Part shown: piece after piece, positions 36,291 through 44,844 of the stretch
Layout: every line of letters begins with the position of its first letter
Numbering within the stretch: the stretch's first letter is position 1
Assembly: GCA_964650405.1 (NCBI GenBank)
Contig: CAZYTO010000003.1
Location: 1-58,715 of the forward strand
DNA: 58,715 nt
DNA from: an uncultured Thermoanaerobaculia bacterium
GTDB taxonomy: Bacteria; Acidobacteriota; Thermoanaerobaculia; Gp7-AA8
Direction of reading: 5' to 3'
Notes under the pieces: generated by a model
The model's database searches: none
The model's input: only the letters and a program-made list of their open reading frames with translations
Told to the model about the DNA's origin: nothing
Position numbers and translations under genes: made by a program

Positions 36291-38447
36291 TCAGTCGTTT
36301 GAACCGACGACCGGAAACAGCTCCAACACGCGATCGTAGAGACTTTTCGCGTCCGGTGTGGAACGTTTGAGGGCAATCTCCGCCAAGCGGATCATGGCAC
36401 GCGCGATATCCTCGGTGATACCGTGCTCGAGCGCCTGCTCGAGGATTTCTCGCAACAGGCTTGTCGAGCCCAGCCCGCTGGTGTCCATAAGTTCGATCCA
36501 ACTCTGGATGGCCTCCTTCCTTGGACGGCGGCGAATGCCCGAGCTGCGAACGAACGTCGCCTCGATATTGGCCACCTCCGGCGCCAGACGCTCGATCGCC
36601 TCCGCGCCCGTACCGGCGCTCTTGTTTAACAACTCCATGTAGTGGGCGTCAGCGCGCAGCTTGTCCTCTGTCGCTGGCGCATGTTGCTGCGAGACGTACT
36701 CACGCAGCGGAACAACCATGCGAACGCGCCTCCCCTCGTCCATGACAAGCGAGCGCCCGCGCAACTCGTCGGCCGCATCGTCGGGCTTCAAGAAAACACT
36801 CGGCAAGTCGCGGTGCGCCACTCCCTCAGGGAAGAGCGCCAGAACCGAGAGTAAGCGACGCGCATCGATCGTCAGGGCGCCAATCGACAGCTCATAGAAG
36901 GCCGCACGATCGTCGATCGTCGTGGAGCGCATCACCTTCCAGCGATTCCACACCGTCTCCAGGGAAGAGTATCGCTCCGCGAACGGTGCCATCAGAGTGA
37001 TTTCCAACGGTATACCGTCGAGAAGTCCGAGAATGCGCGGGAGATACGGATCTTTCGCAAATTCTTTCTTCGATCCGGCCAGGAACGCATAGCGCGCCGC
37101 CGTGTCGGACAGTCTCTTCGGTTCGATCCGGCCCCCCCATGCCACTTTGCGCGGCCGCTGCGAGCCGCGGAGGGTCACGACTAACGCAAGCGACTCTATG
37201 TTTGCGAGATCGACGAGCAGTTGCTCAACGTTGTCGCGATCCCAGTCCAGCGGCGTTTCGGCGTTGTCGAGGACGAGCGCGGCGGGCCCCTTCTTCATCA
37301 GGGCGAGAACATCGCGCTCCGTCTCGCCGGTGACGGCGACGCCGGCGGCCTGGGCGATCGCTGCCACCACTTCCGCCCGACTCTTCGCGCCATGGCATCG
37401 CACGAACCACCGGCGGCCGCGAAAGGGGCGCGCAACCGCCTTGTTCTTAATTGCCTTCTTTGCGATGGGTGTTTTCCCGATGCCAGGGGCCCCTTGAATC
37501 AACATCGTCTGGGGACAGTTCTTCGACAGCCCCCTGACCACTCGGCTCACTTCCCTGGAGCGCCCAAAGCAGTAACCGACGGGCGGTAGAGCCTCGGCCG
37601 GGATCCGCCGATCCGCGAACGTCTTGCGCAGAAACGGCGTGAGATCGTGGTAGCCGTCGCCGTACGAGATGAACGCCAGACAGGAGCCCGGATAACGCTG
37701 TCGAAGCGGCTCCTTCTCACTCGTACGACAGAGGCAGTAGTGACGATACCCGGACCTTCTGAAGAGTCTGTCGATCCACTCGATCAGGGGACCTAAATTC
37801 GGATCGCTCAGGCCATCGCCGCAACCGATGAAGAGCAACGTGTCGTGGATGGAGATCGCTTTCTGGATGGCTTGTGCATGCTCGCTGTGTTGCAGCGCCT
37901 CGTAAGAGCGGATGCCGAGGATCACCGACTCGGGACGATCAAAATAGCCGTGCAGATGCAGGACGCCTTTGCGGTCGCCGTGGACGAATTCGGAGACGGC
38001 TGCCACATCGGTCCAGTCGATGTCTTGGAGACCGTCGCGGCCGCGGCTGAGCAAATCGTCGTAATTCGTCGTGGCGATGCGAGCGCCGAGGTCGTGGATC
38101 GCATCGATGAGCGTGCGGTCGCGCAGTTCCAGCTTGCCGAGGCTGCGGTTCAGCCAGACGCGGAATTCGCCGCCGCCCGACCCGCCGAGCGCTTCCGTCA
38201 GGCGCTCGGCGACCTCGATGCGACGCGCGGGATCGTTTTCGTCCAGTTGCCCAAGGAGCCTCTCGCCTTCCGCGTCGGTGAGCCGGCTCGTCCCAGCGCA
38301 ATGGCTGATTCCAGCGCGAATCAGGCCGTCCCACGAGGCGCAAAAATCTCCCGTGGCTTGAATCGACGCGCCGCTCCCGACGACGATCAGCACCCTGTCG
38401 GCCGACAGGTCCTTCCGCAGGTCATCGATGAGAACCCCCTGACCCAT
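36291..38447 (-). CDS. SIR2-like (SIR2_2) domain + STAND/NB-ARC-like NTPase + truncated TPR region
   Basis: VVGSGAS, ATTNYDDLL, VLHLHG, TLLFIGCG..LSDPN; Walker A GAPGIGKT; Walker B LVLDNAE; GIPLEI (GxP); about 1.5 TPR-like units before TGA. Confidence 0.8.
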   Translation of the reverse strand: MGQGVLIDDLRKDLSADRVLIVVGSGASIQATGDFCASWDGLIRAGISHCAGTSRLTDAEGERLLGQLDENDPARRIEVAERLTEALGGSGGGEFRVWLNRSLGKLELRDRTLIDAIHDLGARIATTNYDDLLSRGRDGLQDIDWTDVAAVSEFVHGDRKGVLHLHGYFDRPESVILGIRSYEALQHSEHAQAIQKAISIHDTLLFIGCGDGLSDPNLGPLIEWIDRLFRRSGYRHYCLCRTSEKEPLRQRYPGSCLAFISYGDGYHDLTPFLRKTFADRRIPAEALPPVGYCFGRSREVSRVVRGLSKNCPQTMLIQGAPGIGKTPIAKKAIKNKAVARPFRGRRWFVRCHGAKSRAEVVAAIAQAAGVAVTGETERDVLALMKKGPAALVLDNAETPLDWDRDNVEQLLVDLANIESLALVVTLRGSQRPRKVAWGGRIEPKRLSDTAARYAFLAGSKKEFAKDPYLPRILGLLDGIPLEITLMAPFAERYSSLETVWNRWKVMRSTTIDDRAAFYELSIGALTIDARRLLSVLALFPEGVAHRDLPSVFLKPDDAADELRGRSLVMDEGRRVRMVVPLREYVSQQHAPATEDKLRADAHYMELLNKSAGTGAEAIERLAPEVANIEATFVRSSGIRRRPRKEAIQSWIELMDTSGLGSTSLLREILEQALEHGITEDIARAMIRLAEIALKRSTPDAKSLYDRVLELFPVVGSND

Positions 38448-38640
38448 TGATGGAATTATGCTCGTGAGCTAGCGAGCGGCGTAGGGATACTCGCACGAAA
38501 TGCTATCTCCCGTGACGAGAGCAATTGAGGTTGACGTGTGGTTGCACAGGGCGAAGACCATTATTGCGATGTGTGCGCGCGAATCGCGTTGGGTGCCAGC
38601 TTCAATAAGCCGAAAACATTATCGCGTGCGCCCGCGTCGC

Positions 38641-40479
38641 TCACTCCGCGAGCGGTAAGTGCGCGCGGACGCGCGTGCCGCGGCCCGGCGCGGAGTCAAT
38701 CTCGAGGTCTCCTCCGGCAAGGGTGACGCGCTCCTGCATGCTGAGCAGGCCCTGGCTTCCCGCCTCGATGGCGCGCTTGCGCGCGGCCGGCACATCGAAG
38801 CCGCGACCGTCGTCGCGCACCACCAGTTGAAGCGTGCCATCGGCTTTGCTGAGCTCCAGCTCGACAAGGTGCGCCTGCGCGTGACGAACGACATTGGTCA
38901 GCGCCTCCTGCACGACGCGGAAGCAGGTCATCTCCACGGCCGCCGGCGGCCGGCGGGCGAGGGGAGCGATCGCCAGGCGGAACTCGAGTCCAGCGCGTTT
39001 CGCCTCGTGCTCCACGTGCCACCGTAACGCCTCTTCCAGCCCGAGCTCGTCGAGAAGCGCCGGGCGGAGGGCCTGGGCCAGATCACGCATGCGCGCGATG
39101 GCGCCGTCGACCAGTTCGATGCTCTCGGAGCCATCGCCCTCCAGTCGCTGAAGGTTGAGCTTGAGGGCGAACAGCACCTGCCCGAAGTCATCGTGAAGCT
39201 CGCGGGCAACCGCGCGGCGCTCCGCCTCCTGGGCCTCGATCAGCTTGCGCGACAGTGCCTCCATCTCCTGCGCCCGGAGCCCCAGCTCCTCCTCGGCGTG
39301 TTTGCGCTCGGTGACGTCGGCATTGGTTCCGTACGCGCGCAGGGGCCGGCCGGCCGGGTCGCGGACGATCGTGGCCCGGCCGAAGATCCAATGCACGCTG
39401 CCGTCGGGCCAGAGGACGCGGAACTCGATGCTGTCCGGCCCCGTACCGTCATGCAACTGTTCGCGGCGGCGCATGACCCAACCACGGTCGTCAGGATGGA
39501 CAGCCTCGACGTAGTCCTCCATCGTACCCTTGCCGAGGTCGTCGCCGAAGAAGAGACGCCGGTTCGCTTCCGTGTTGAGAATCTCGCCGCTGACCAGGTC
39601 CTGCTCCCAGCTTCCGGTCCGCCCCAGCTTCTCCGCCTCGACCAGCAGCCTCTCGGTGTTGCGCAACGCCTCCTCGGCACGCACGCGCTCGGTCACATCC
39701 TCGTTGACCACGACCGCGCCGGTGATGACGCCATCCGCGTCGTGAATGGGTGCCGCGTAGTTCTCGATGGTCCTGCGCTCTCCGTCGAATGTCTCGATGT
39801 CGATCAGCTCGTCGCGGGTGGTTTGACCCTCGTCGAGCGCACGGTGCGAAGCCCAGTCGCCAGCGGCGATGGGCTGTCCCGTGCCGTGCCGGAACCCCTT
39901 GCTCCTTGCCCACCGCTCCTCCCCGGAGGCAATCAGCACACCCCAGATGCGGTTGGAGGCCGGATTGTGCAGCACGACGTCTCCGGCCCGATTCAGCACC
40001 ACCACACCCACCGGGAGGGTGTCGAGAACTCGTCGCAACCGCGTTTCGGCATCCTTCATCTGGCTGATGTCAATCATGGCGCCGACGGCGTGGCGAGCCC
40101 GCCCGCCGGCGTCGCGCGCGATCGCGCACCTCGAGGCCACCCATGCCCAGGAGCCATCCCTGCGCCGGAAGCGGTACTCGTTCGACCAGCCGGAAGCGCC
40201 GCTCTGGATTGCCTGGGAGGCGATTTGTTCGACCTGCTCGAGGTCGTCCGGATGGACGCGCTCGCGCCACCAACTGATGTGGTTCACCACCTCGTCGCCG
40301 TGGTAGCCGAAAATCGATTCGAGGTTCCGGTCCCAGCTCAACGTGTCGCTTTGAAGATCTCGCTCCCACACCGCCTCGAAAGCGACGTCAGCGAGCAACC
40401 GGTCCCGCGCCTCGCTGCGTCTGCGTGAAGCCCTCGTAACGGACATGTGCGGCGGCATCGTGTTTCCGGATCGATTCAT
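38641..40479 (-). CDS. Cytoplasmic 3xPAS HisKA_3-type histidine kinase
   Basis: PAS/PAC motifs (RVHPDD, EYRFRRRDGSWAWV, EFRVLWPDGSVHW); ARELHDDFGQ; FRVVQEALTNVVRHA; DDGRGF; GLLSMQERV. Confidence 0.92.
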   Translation of the reverse strand: MNRSGNTMPPHMSVTRASRRRSEARDRLLADVAFEAVWERDLQSDTLSWDRNLESIFGYHGDEVVNHISWWRERVHPDDLEQVEQIASQAIQSGASGWSNEYRFRRRDGSWAWVASRCAIARDAGGRARHAVGAMIDISQMKDAETRLRRVLDTLPVGVVVLNRAGDVVLHNPASNRIWGVLIASGEERWARSKGFRHGTGQPIAAGDWASHRALDEGQTTRDELIDIETFDGERRTIENYAAPIHDADGVITGAVVVNEDVTERVRAEEALRNTERLLVEAEKLGRTGSWEQDLVSGEILNTEANRRLFFGDDLGKGTMEDYVEAVHPDDRGWVMRRREQLHDGTGPDSIEFRVLWPDGSVHWIFGRATIVRDPAGRPLRAYGTNADVTERKHAEEELGLRAQEMEALSRKLIEAQEAERRAVARELHDDFGQVLFALKLNLQRLEGDGSESIELVDGAIARMRDLAQALRPALLDELGLEEALRWHVEHEAKRAGLEFRLAIAPLARRPPAAVEMTCFRVVQEALTNVVRHAQAHLVELELSKADGTLQLVVRDDGRGFDVPAARKRAIEAGSQGLLSMQERVTLAGGDLEIDSAPGRGTRVRAHLPLAE

Positions 40480-42461
40480 TATGGCCTGGATATGCCCAGG
40501 TCCTCGGCGGCGGCGCGGAGGAGCTCGCCGACGCTCCAGGCCTGGGCGATGCAGCCGCGCGGCGTGTGGGGCGGGTTGCCGTCGAAGATCTCGGAGATGC
40601 TGCCGGCACAGGCCTCGGCGAGGTGGGGCTCGAAGTCCGCGAGGATGCGCCGCCCCTCGGCGATGCCTGCTTCGCCGCGGATGCGCACCAGCGCCGTGAG
40701 GTAGGGGCCCAGCAGCCAGGACCAGACCGTGCCCTGGTGATAGGCGCCGTCGCGCTCGCGCGGGCCGCCGGCGTACGTGCCGATGAAGCGCGGATCATCG
40801 GGAGCCAGCGAGCGGAGGCCGCGGGGCGTGAGCAGCTCGCGCCCGACCGTCGCCAGCACCCGCTCCGCATACGGGCTCTCCAGGATGGGATGGGGCAGGC
40901 TGATGGCGAAGAGCTGGTTCGGGCGGATGGCGGCGTCGGATTCCGTATGGTCGTTGCGATAGCGCACGACGTCGTAGAGCGCGTCCGTGTGCTCGTTCCA
41001 GAACAGCTTCTGGAAGCGGATACGCACCCGGGCGGCGGCCACGAGGAGGCGCCGCATCTCGACCTCCGTCCCCCACCGGCGCTCGAAGTCCGCCAGGATC
41101 AGGAGCGCGTTGTACCAGAGCGCGTTGATCTCGACCGGCTTGCCGTCGCGCGGCGTGACGACCCAGTCGCCGACCTTCGCGTCCATCCAGGTCAACTGAT
41201 CGCCGGCGTTTCCGGCCATGAGCAGGCCGTCCTCATCGACGTGAATGCCGTGCCGCGTGCCCCGCTCGTGCCAGGCCACGACGTCCCGCAGCACGGGCAG
41301 AAGGTGCTCCTGCACGAACGCTTCGTCGCCCGTGTAGTCGAGGTACTTCTGCGCGGCCACGAAGAACCATAGCGTTGCGTCGACTGTGTTGTACTCCGGC
41401 GCTTCGCCGCCGTCGGGGAAGCGATTCGGCAGCATCCCCTCGCTCACGCTCTCTGCGAATGCCGTAAGGATCCGCCGCGCGTCGTCGAAGCGGCCGGTGG
41501 TGAGGCAGAGGCCGGGCAGGGCGATCATCGTGTCGCGGCCCCAGTCGGTGAACCAGTGATAGCCGGCGATCACCGTCCTGTTGTCAGTACCGCGGCGAAC
41601 GATGAACTGATCGGCAGCCAGCGTGAGCGTGCGGATCATCGCTCCCTCCACGCCGCGCACGAGCGCCTCGCGCCGCCGGCGCTCTGCGTCGAACAGCACC
41701 AGCCCGTCGCGGCCGCGAGGATCGTCCGTCGAGGCGATCACCGCGAAACGTTCGCCCGGCGACAGCTTCCGCAGCATCGTCCCCGGCGTGAAGAGGTCTT
41801 CCTCCGCGTCGAGGCCCCGCTCCTTTTCGACGGCGTACTCGAAGCGATACCACCAGTCGGGAGCGGCTTGAAACGTCGCCCCCGGAGCGGAGAGAAAGAG
41901 CGAGGGCAACGCCAGAATGCCGTCCTCGAAGCGCACTTCGTGCGGCCCGCCGGCGTGCCCGAGGCTGTGGTAGTCGCGCTGCGTGACGAAAGGCCGCAGC
42001 TCGAGCTCGACCTCGCCCGCCGACGCGTCACCCGGCGCGACCAGGCCAGGCGCGACCATACCTCCCGCTGCGAGGACTTCGTAGACGATGACCGTCGTGT
42101 TCTCGCCGTGGATGGCGGCCACCGTCTTGCGAAGGCGCGCCCCGCCGGCGGCGAGCTCGAACGAAGGGAAGAGATCGCGCTCGAATGCGACGAGTAGCTC
42201 GAAGCCGCGCGGATGGATCGCTCCCGGGAACTGGTTCGTGGCCAGGTCGGTCCAGGTGCCGCCGGCGCCGAGGCGCTCATCGAGCTTCGACAGCAGGACT
42301 ACGCGCCCGACGGGCGGATGCAGGGCCGCGACGAGCAGACCGTGATACCGCCGCGTATTCGCGCCGCAGGCCGTCGAGCCGGCGTATCCGCCGAGTCCGT
42401 TGGCCTCGAGCCATTCGAGACGGGTGGCACGCTCGAAGTCGGAGCCCGGAGTAATCCTCAT
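40479..42461 (-). CDS. Glycogen debranching enzyme family (GDE_N + amylo-alpha-1,6-glucosidase GDE_C)
   Basis: EWLEANGLGGYA, NTRRYHGLL, IAGYHWFTDWGRDTMI, LTWMDAK, GKPVEINALWYNAL, IRPNQ, YHQGTVWSWL, QAWSVGE. Confidence 0.93.
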   Translation of the reverse strand: MRITPGSDFERATRLEWLEANGLGGYAGSTACGANTRRYHGLLVAALHPPVGRVVLLSKLDERLGAGGTWTDLATNQFPGAIHPRGFELLVAFERDLFPSFELAAGGARLRKTVAAIHGENTTVIVYEVLAAGGMVAPGLVAPGDASAGEVELELRPFVTQRDYHSLGHAGGPHEVRFEDGILALPSLFLSAPGATFQAAPDWWYRFEYAVEKERGLDAEEDLFTPGTMLRKLSPGERFAVIASTDDPRGRDGLVLFDAERRRREALVRGVEGAMIRTLTLAADQFIVRRGTDNRTVIAGYHWFTDWGRDTMIALPGLCLTTGRFDDARRILTAFAESVSEGMLPNRFPDGGEAPEYNTVDATLWFFVAAQKYLDYTGDEAFVQEHLLPVLRDVVAWHERGTRHGIHVDEDGLLMAGNAGDQLTWMDAKVGDWVVTPRDGKPVEINALWYNALLILADFERRWGTEVEMRRLLVAAARVRIRFQKLFWNEHTDALYDVVRYRNDHTESDAAIRPNQLFAISLPHPILESPYAERVLATVGRELLTPRGLRSLAPDDPRFIGTYAGGPRERDGAYHQGTVWSWLLGPYLTALVRIRGEAGIAEGRRILADFEPHLAEACAGSISEIFDGNPPHTPRGCIAQAWSVGELLRAAAEDLGISRP

Positions 42462-42501
42462 GCCCCGTCGATGCCAACACGCCCAAGGCGCTTCACGCCG
42501 C

Positions 42502-43398
42502 TCACAGCTTCCCCAGCCGCTCCTTCCATCGCGCCCACGCCTCATCGCGCGCCTTCTTGTTGCCTGCGTAGGCGTCCTTCGTTTTCTGGTCGGCGTCGGC
42601 AGGCGGAGGCGGAGCATCGCCGGCGCGCATGAAGCCGTGACCGGCGCCTTCGTACGTCACCACCTCGTAGCTCTTCTTTGCCGCCGTCATCAGCTCCTGC
42701 GTCTTCGGCACGGTTGCGCCGACGCGCGCGTCGTTACCGCCGTAGAAGCCGTACACCGGCGCCTTGATCGCGGCGATGGCATCCGCCGACTCCGGCCCCG
42801 TACCGTAGAAGACGAATGCCGCAGCGAGGCTGGGGCGGTTCGTGGCGAAGCGAAAGGCCTGCCCGCCACCCCAGCAGAAACCGGCCACGGCCACCTTGCC
42901 GTTGGCGGCGGGCAGTTTGGCCACGTAATCGGCGGAGGCGTTGAGGTCGGACGTGATCTGGTCGGGCGGAAGGTCGCGGATGGCCTTTCCCACCGCGCCG
43001 GCGTCCAGCGAGCTCGTGCCGCCGCCGTTCGGTCCCATGCCGGAGAGCAGGTCCGGCGCGATGGCGATGTAGCCCGCCGCCGCCAGTTCGTCGGCCTCCA
43101 TCTGCACCCAGTCGCTCATGCCGAAGATCTCGTGAATGACCACCACGGCTGTGGCCTTGTGGCTCACCTCGGGATAGACGACGAAGGCGCTCACTGTGCG
43201 GCTGCCGCTCTTCAGATTCACCCATTCGCCGTGGCGCGACGACTTGTCGAGTGCCTGCCGCGCCCAGTTCACCGCCGGCGCAGGCTGTGCCGCGGCGGCG
43301 GCCGCATGCTCGGCATGTGCAGCGGTACTGGTGCCCTGCGCAAAGGCGCAGACGGCGACGGACAGAAAAAAGGTCACGGCGATGATGCAGCGTTTCAT
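42502..43398 (-). CDS. Dienelactone hydrolase family protein, secreted
   Basis: Signal peptide; VIHEIFG, GFCWGG (Cys nucleophile), YEGAGHGF. Confidence 0.9.
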   Translation of the reverse strand: MKRCIIAVTFFLSVAVCAFAQGTSTAAHAEHAAAAAAQPAPAVNWARQALDKSSRHGEWVNLKSGSRTVSAFVVYPEVSHKATAVVVIHEIFGMSDWVQMEADELAAAGYIAIAPDLLSGMGPNGGGTSSLDAGAVGKAIRDLPPDQITSDLNASADYVAKLPAANGKVAVAGFCWGGGQAFRFATNRPSLAAAFVFYGTGPESADAIAAIKAPVYGFYGGNDARVGATVPKTQELMTAAKKSYEVVTYEGAGHGFMRAGDAPPPPADADQKTKDAYAGNKKARDEAWARWKERLGKL

Positions 43399-43462
43399 TC
43401 GTTCCTCCCCAGATCGCATGAATTGAGCGTGACAGCTTACGCTCTCACACGGGGCCTGAGCG

Positions 43463-43565
43463 CGATACCTGATACCCGATACCGCTGTACCCGACACCCG
43501 CCACCCGGCACCCGTCACCCGCGACCCGCCACCCGGCACCCGGCACCCGGTACCCGGCACCCGGC
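43463..43565. repeat. Family G heptamer array (NNNACCC)n, one-sided
   Basis: gatacct gataccc ... gacaccc gccaccc ggcaccc gtcaccc gcgaccc gccaccc ggcaccc ggcaccc ggtaccc ggcaccc. Confidence 0.9.
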
Positions 43566-43572
43566 GCGCCCT

Positions 43573-44721
43573 TCACATCGCCGCGCGCACCGAAGCCACC
43601 TCCGGTGTCCGCCAGGGCGTAGCGGCCAGCCGGTCCATGACAGCGTGCGCCTCGGGGCGGTGGTTCGCCTTCAGGTACGCGCGCGCCAGGAGCAGCGCCG
43701 CTTCGCCGTTGGGGCGGAGGGCGTAGTTACGCTCGGCGAGCGACACGAGGTCGGGACGCGCCTCACGCCAGAGGAGCGCGTCGCGGATGAGGTGGCCGAT
43801 GGCGGCGTCGGGGTAGAGCGCGAAGCGCTCGGCGTTGCGGCGATCCGCCTCGGCATACAGCTTCGCCGCGGCGGCGCGATCCGTGCGCTCGACAATCCGG
43901 CCGAGGGCGTTGAGGTATTCGGGATTGTGTGTATCGCGGATGACCTTCTCGTACAGCGCGATGGCTTCGCGCGTCTTTCCGCTCGCGGCGAGCGCTTCGG
44001 CAATGTGCTCCTCGACCAGCCAGTAGCCGGAATAGGCGCGATCGGCGCGGCGGTAGTGCACGAGCGCCGCGTCGTACTGCCGCCGCTCGAATTCCAGCAG
44101 CCCGAGTTGCAGCTCGATCCAGGCGAATGACCTCATCTCCTTGATGGAAATCGAATCCTCCGCCTTCGAGTACGCCGCCATGGCCCCCGCCACGTCCCCC
44201 GTGCGCGACTGCAGGTACGCCAGGCGCGCCGTATCGTCCCAATGTCCGTCGTCCGCGATGGCCGCGTCGTACTCGCGCCGGGCCGCCGTGTAATCGCCGC
44301 GCTGGAAGGCCAGATCGCCGCGCAACGCGGCCACGCCGCGCATCTCCGGATCGAGCACGGCCAGGTCGCTCTCCGCCTCACGCAACTGGTGCAGCTTGAA
44401 ACGGAACTGGGCCCGCAACAGCACGAGATCGGGGATGGCCCCGGCCCGCGCGAAGGCTTCATCCATGGCATGTTCGGCGGCCTTGAAATCGCCGAAATCC
44501 GCCGTCAGCGACGCGCGCGTGTAGAGCAGCCCCGCCCGATGGAGCGTCCGGTCGGGCTCCGCTGGATACTTCTTCGGCAGCGCCGCCAGCGACGCGTCGA
44601 CCGTCTGCAGCTCGCGCTGATAGTCGGGAGGCCCCGCCTTCTTCGCCGGAAAGACCGGGAGGAATCCGGCCACGACGATGACGGCGGCGGCAAGGGTCCA
44701 GAGCACGTGACGGGTTCGCAT
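43573..44721 (-). CDS. Membrane-anchored or secreted TPR protein (DUF4331 partner)
   Basis: N-terminal hydrophobic anchor; helical TPR-like repeats (LAFQRGDY, FERRQYDAA, IALYEKV); start moved to ATG 44721 because the extension is translated repeat. Confidence 0.8.
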   Translation of the reverse strand: MRTRHVLWTLAAAVIVVAGFLPVFPAKKAGPPDYQRELQTVDASLAALPKKYPAEPDRTLHRAGLLYTRASLTADFGDFKAAEHAMDEAFARAGAIPDLVLLRAQFRFKLHQLREAESDLAVLDPEMRGVAALRGDLAFQRGDYTAARREYDAAIADDGHWDDTARLAYLQSRTGDVAGAMAAYSKAEDSISIKEMRSFAWIELQLGLLEFERRQYDAALVHYRRADRAYSGYWLVEEHIAEALAASGKTREAIALYEKVIRDTHNPEYLNALGRIVERTDRAAAAKLYAEADRRNAERFALYPDAAIGHLIRDALLWREARPDLVSLAERNYALRPNGEAALLLARAYLKANHRPEAHAVMDRLAATPWRTPEVASVRAAM

Positions 44722-44843
44722 GTTCGTTGTCCGTTGTCCGTTGTCCGTTGTCCGTTGGTCGTTGTCGTTATTGGTTAGTCGTTGTTGTTGTTCGTTGCCG
44801 TTCAGTGTCACGAACAACGGACAACGAAGGACGGACAACGAAC
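44722..44843. repeat. Family A heptamer hairpin inside the DUF4331-TPR operon
   Basis: gttcgttgtccgttgtccgttgtccgttgtccgttggtcg ... acgaacaacggacaacgaaggacggacaacgaac; abuts both the TPR ATG and the DUF4331 stop. Confidence 0.9.
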
Positions 44844-44844
44844 C

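Noticed and set aside
38448-38640. AT-richer intergenic stretch as possible ncRNA
   Set aside because: No recognisable structure or motif; explained by the SIR2 gene promoter (CATAAT) and the kinase 3' region
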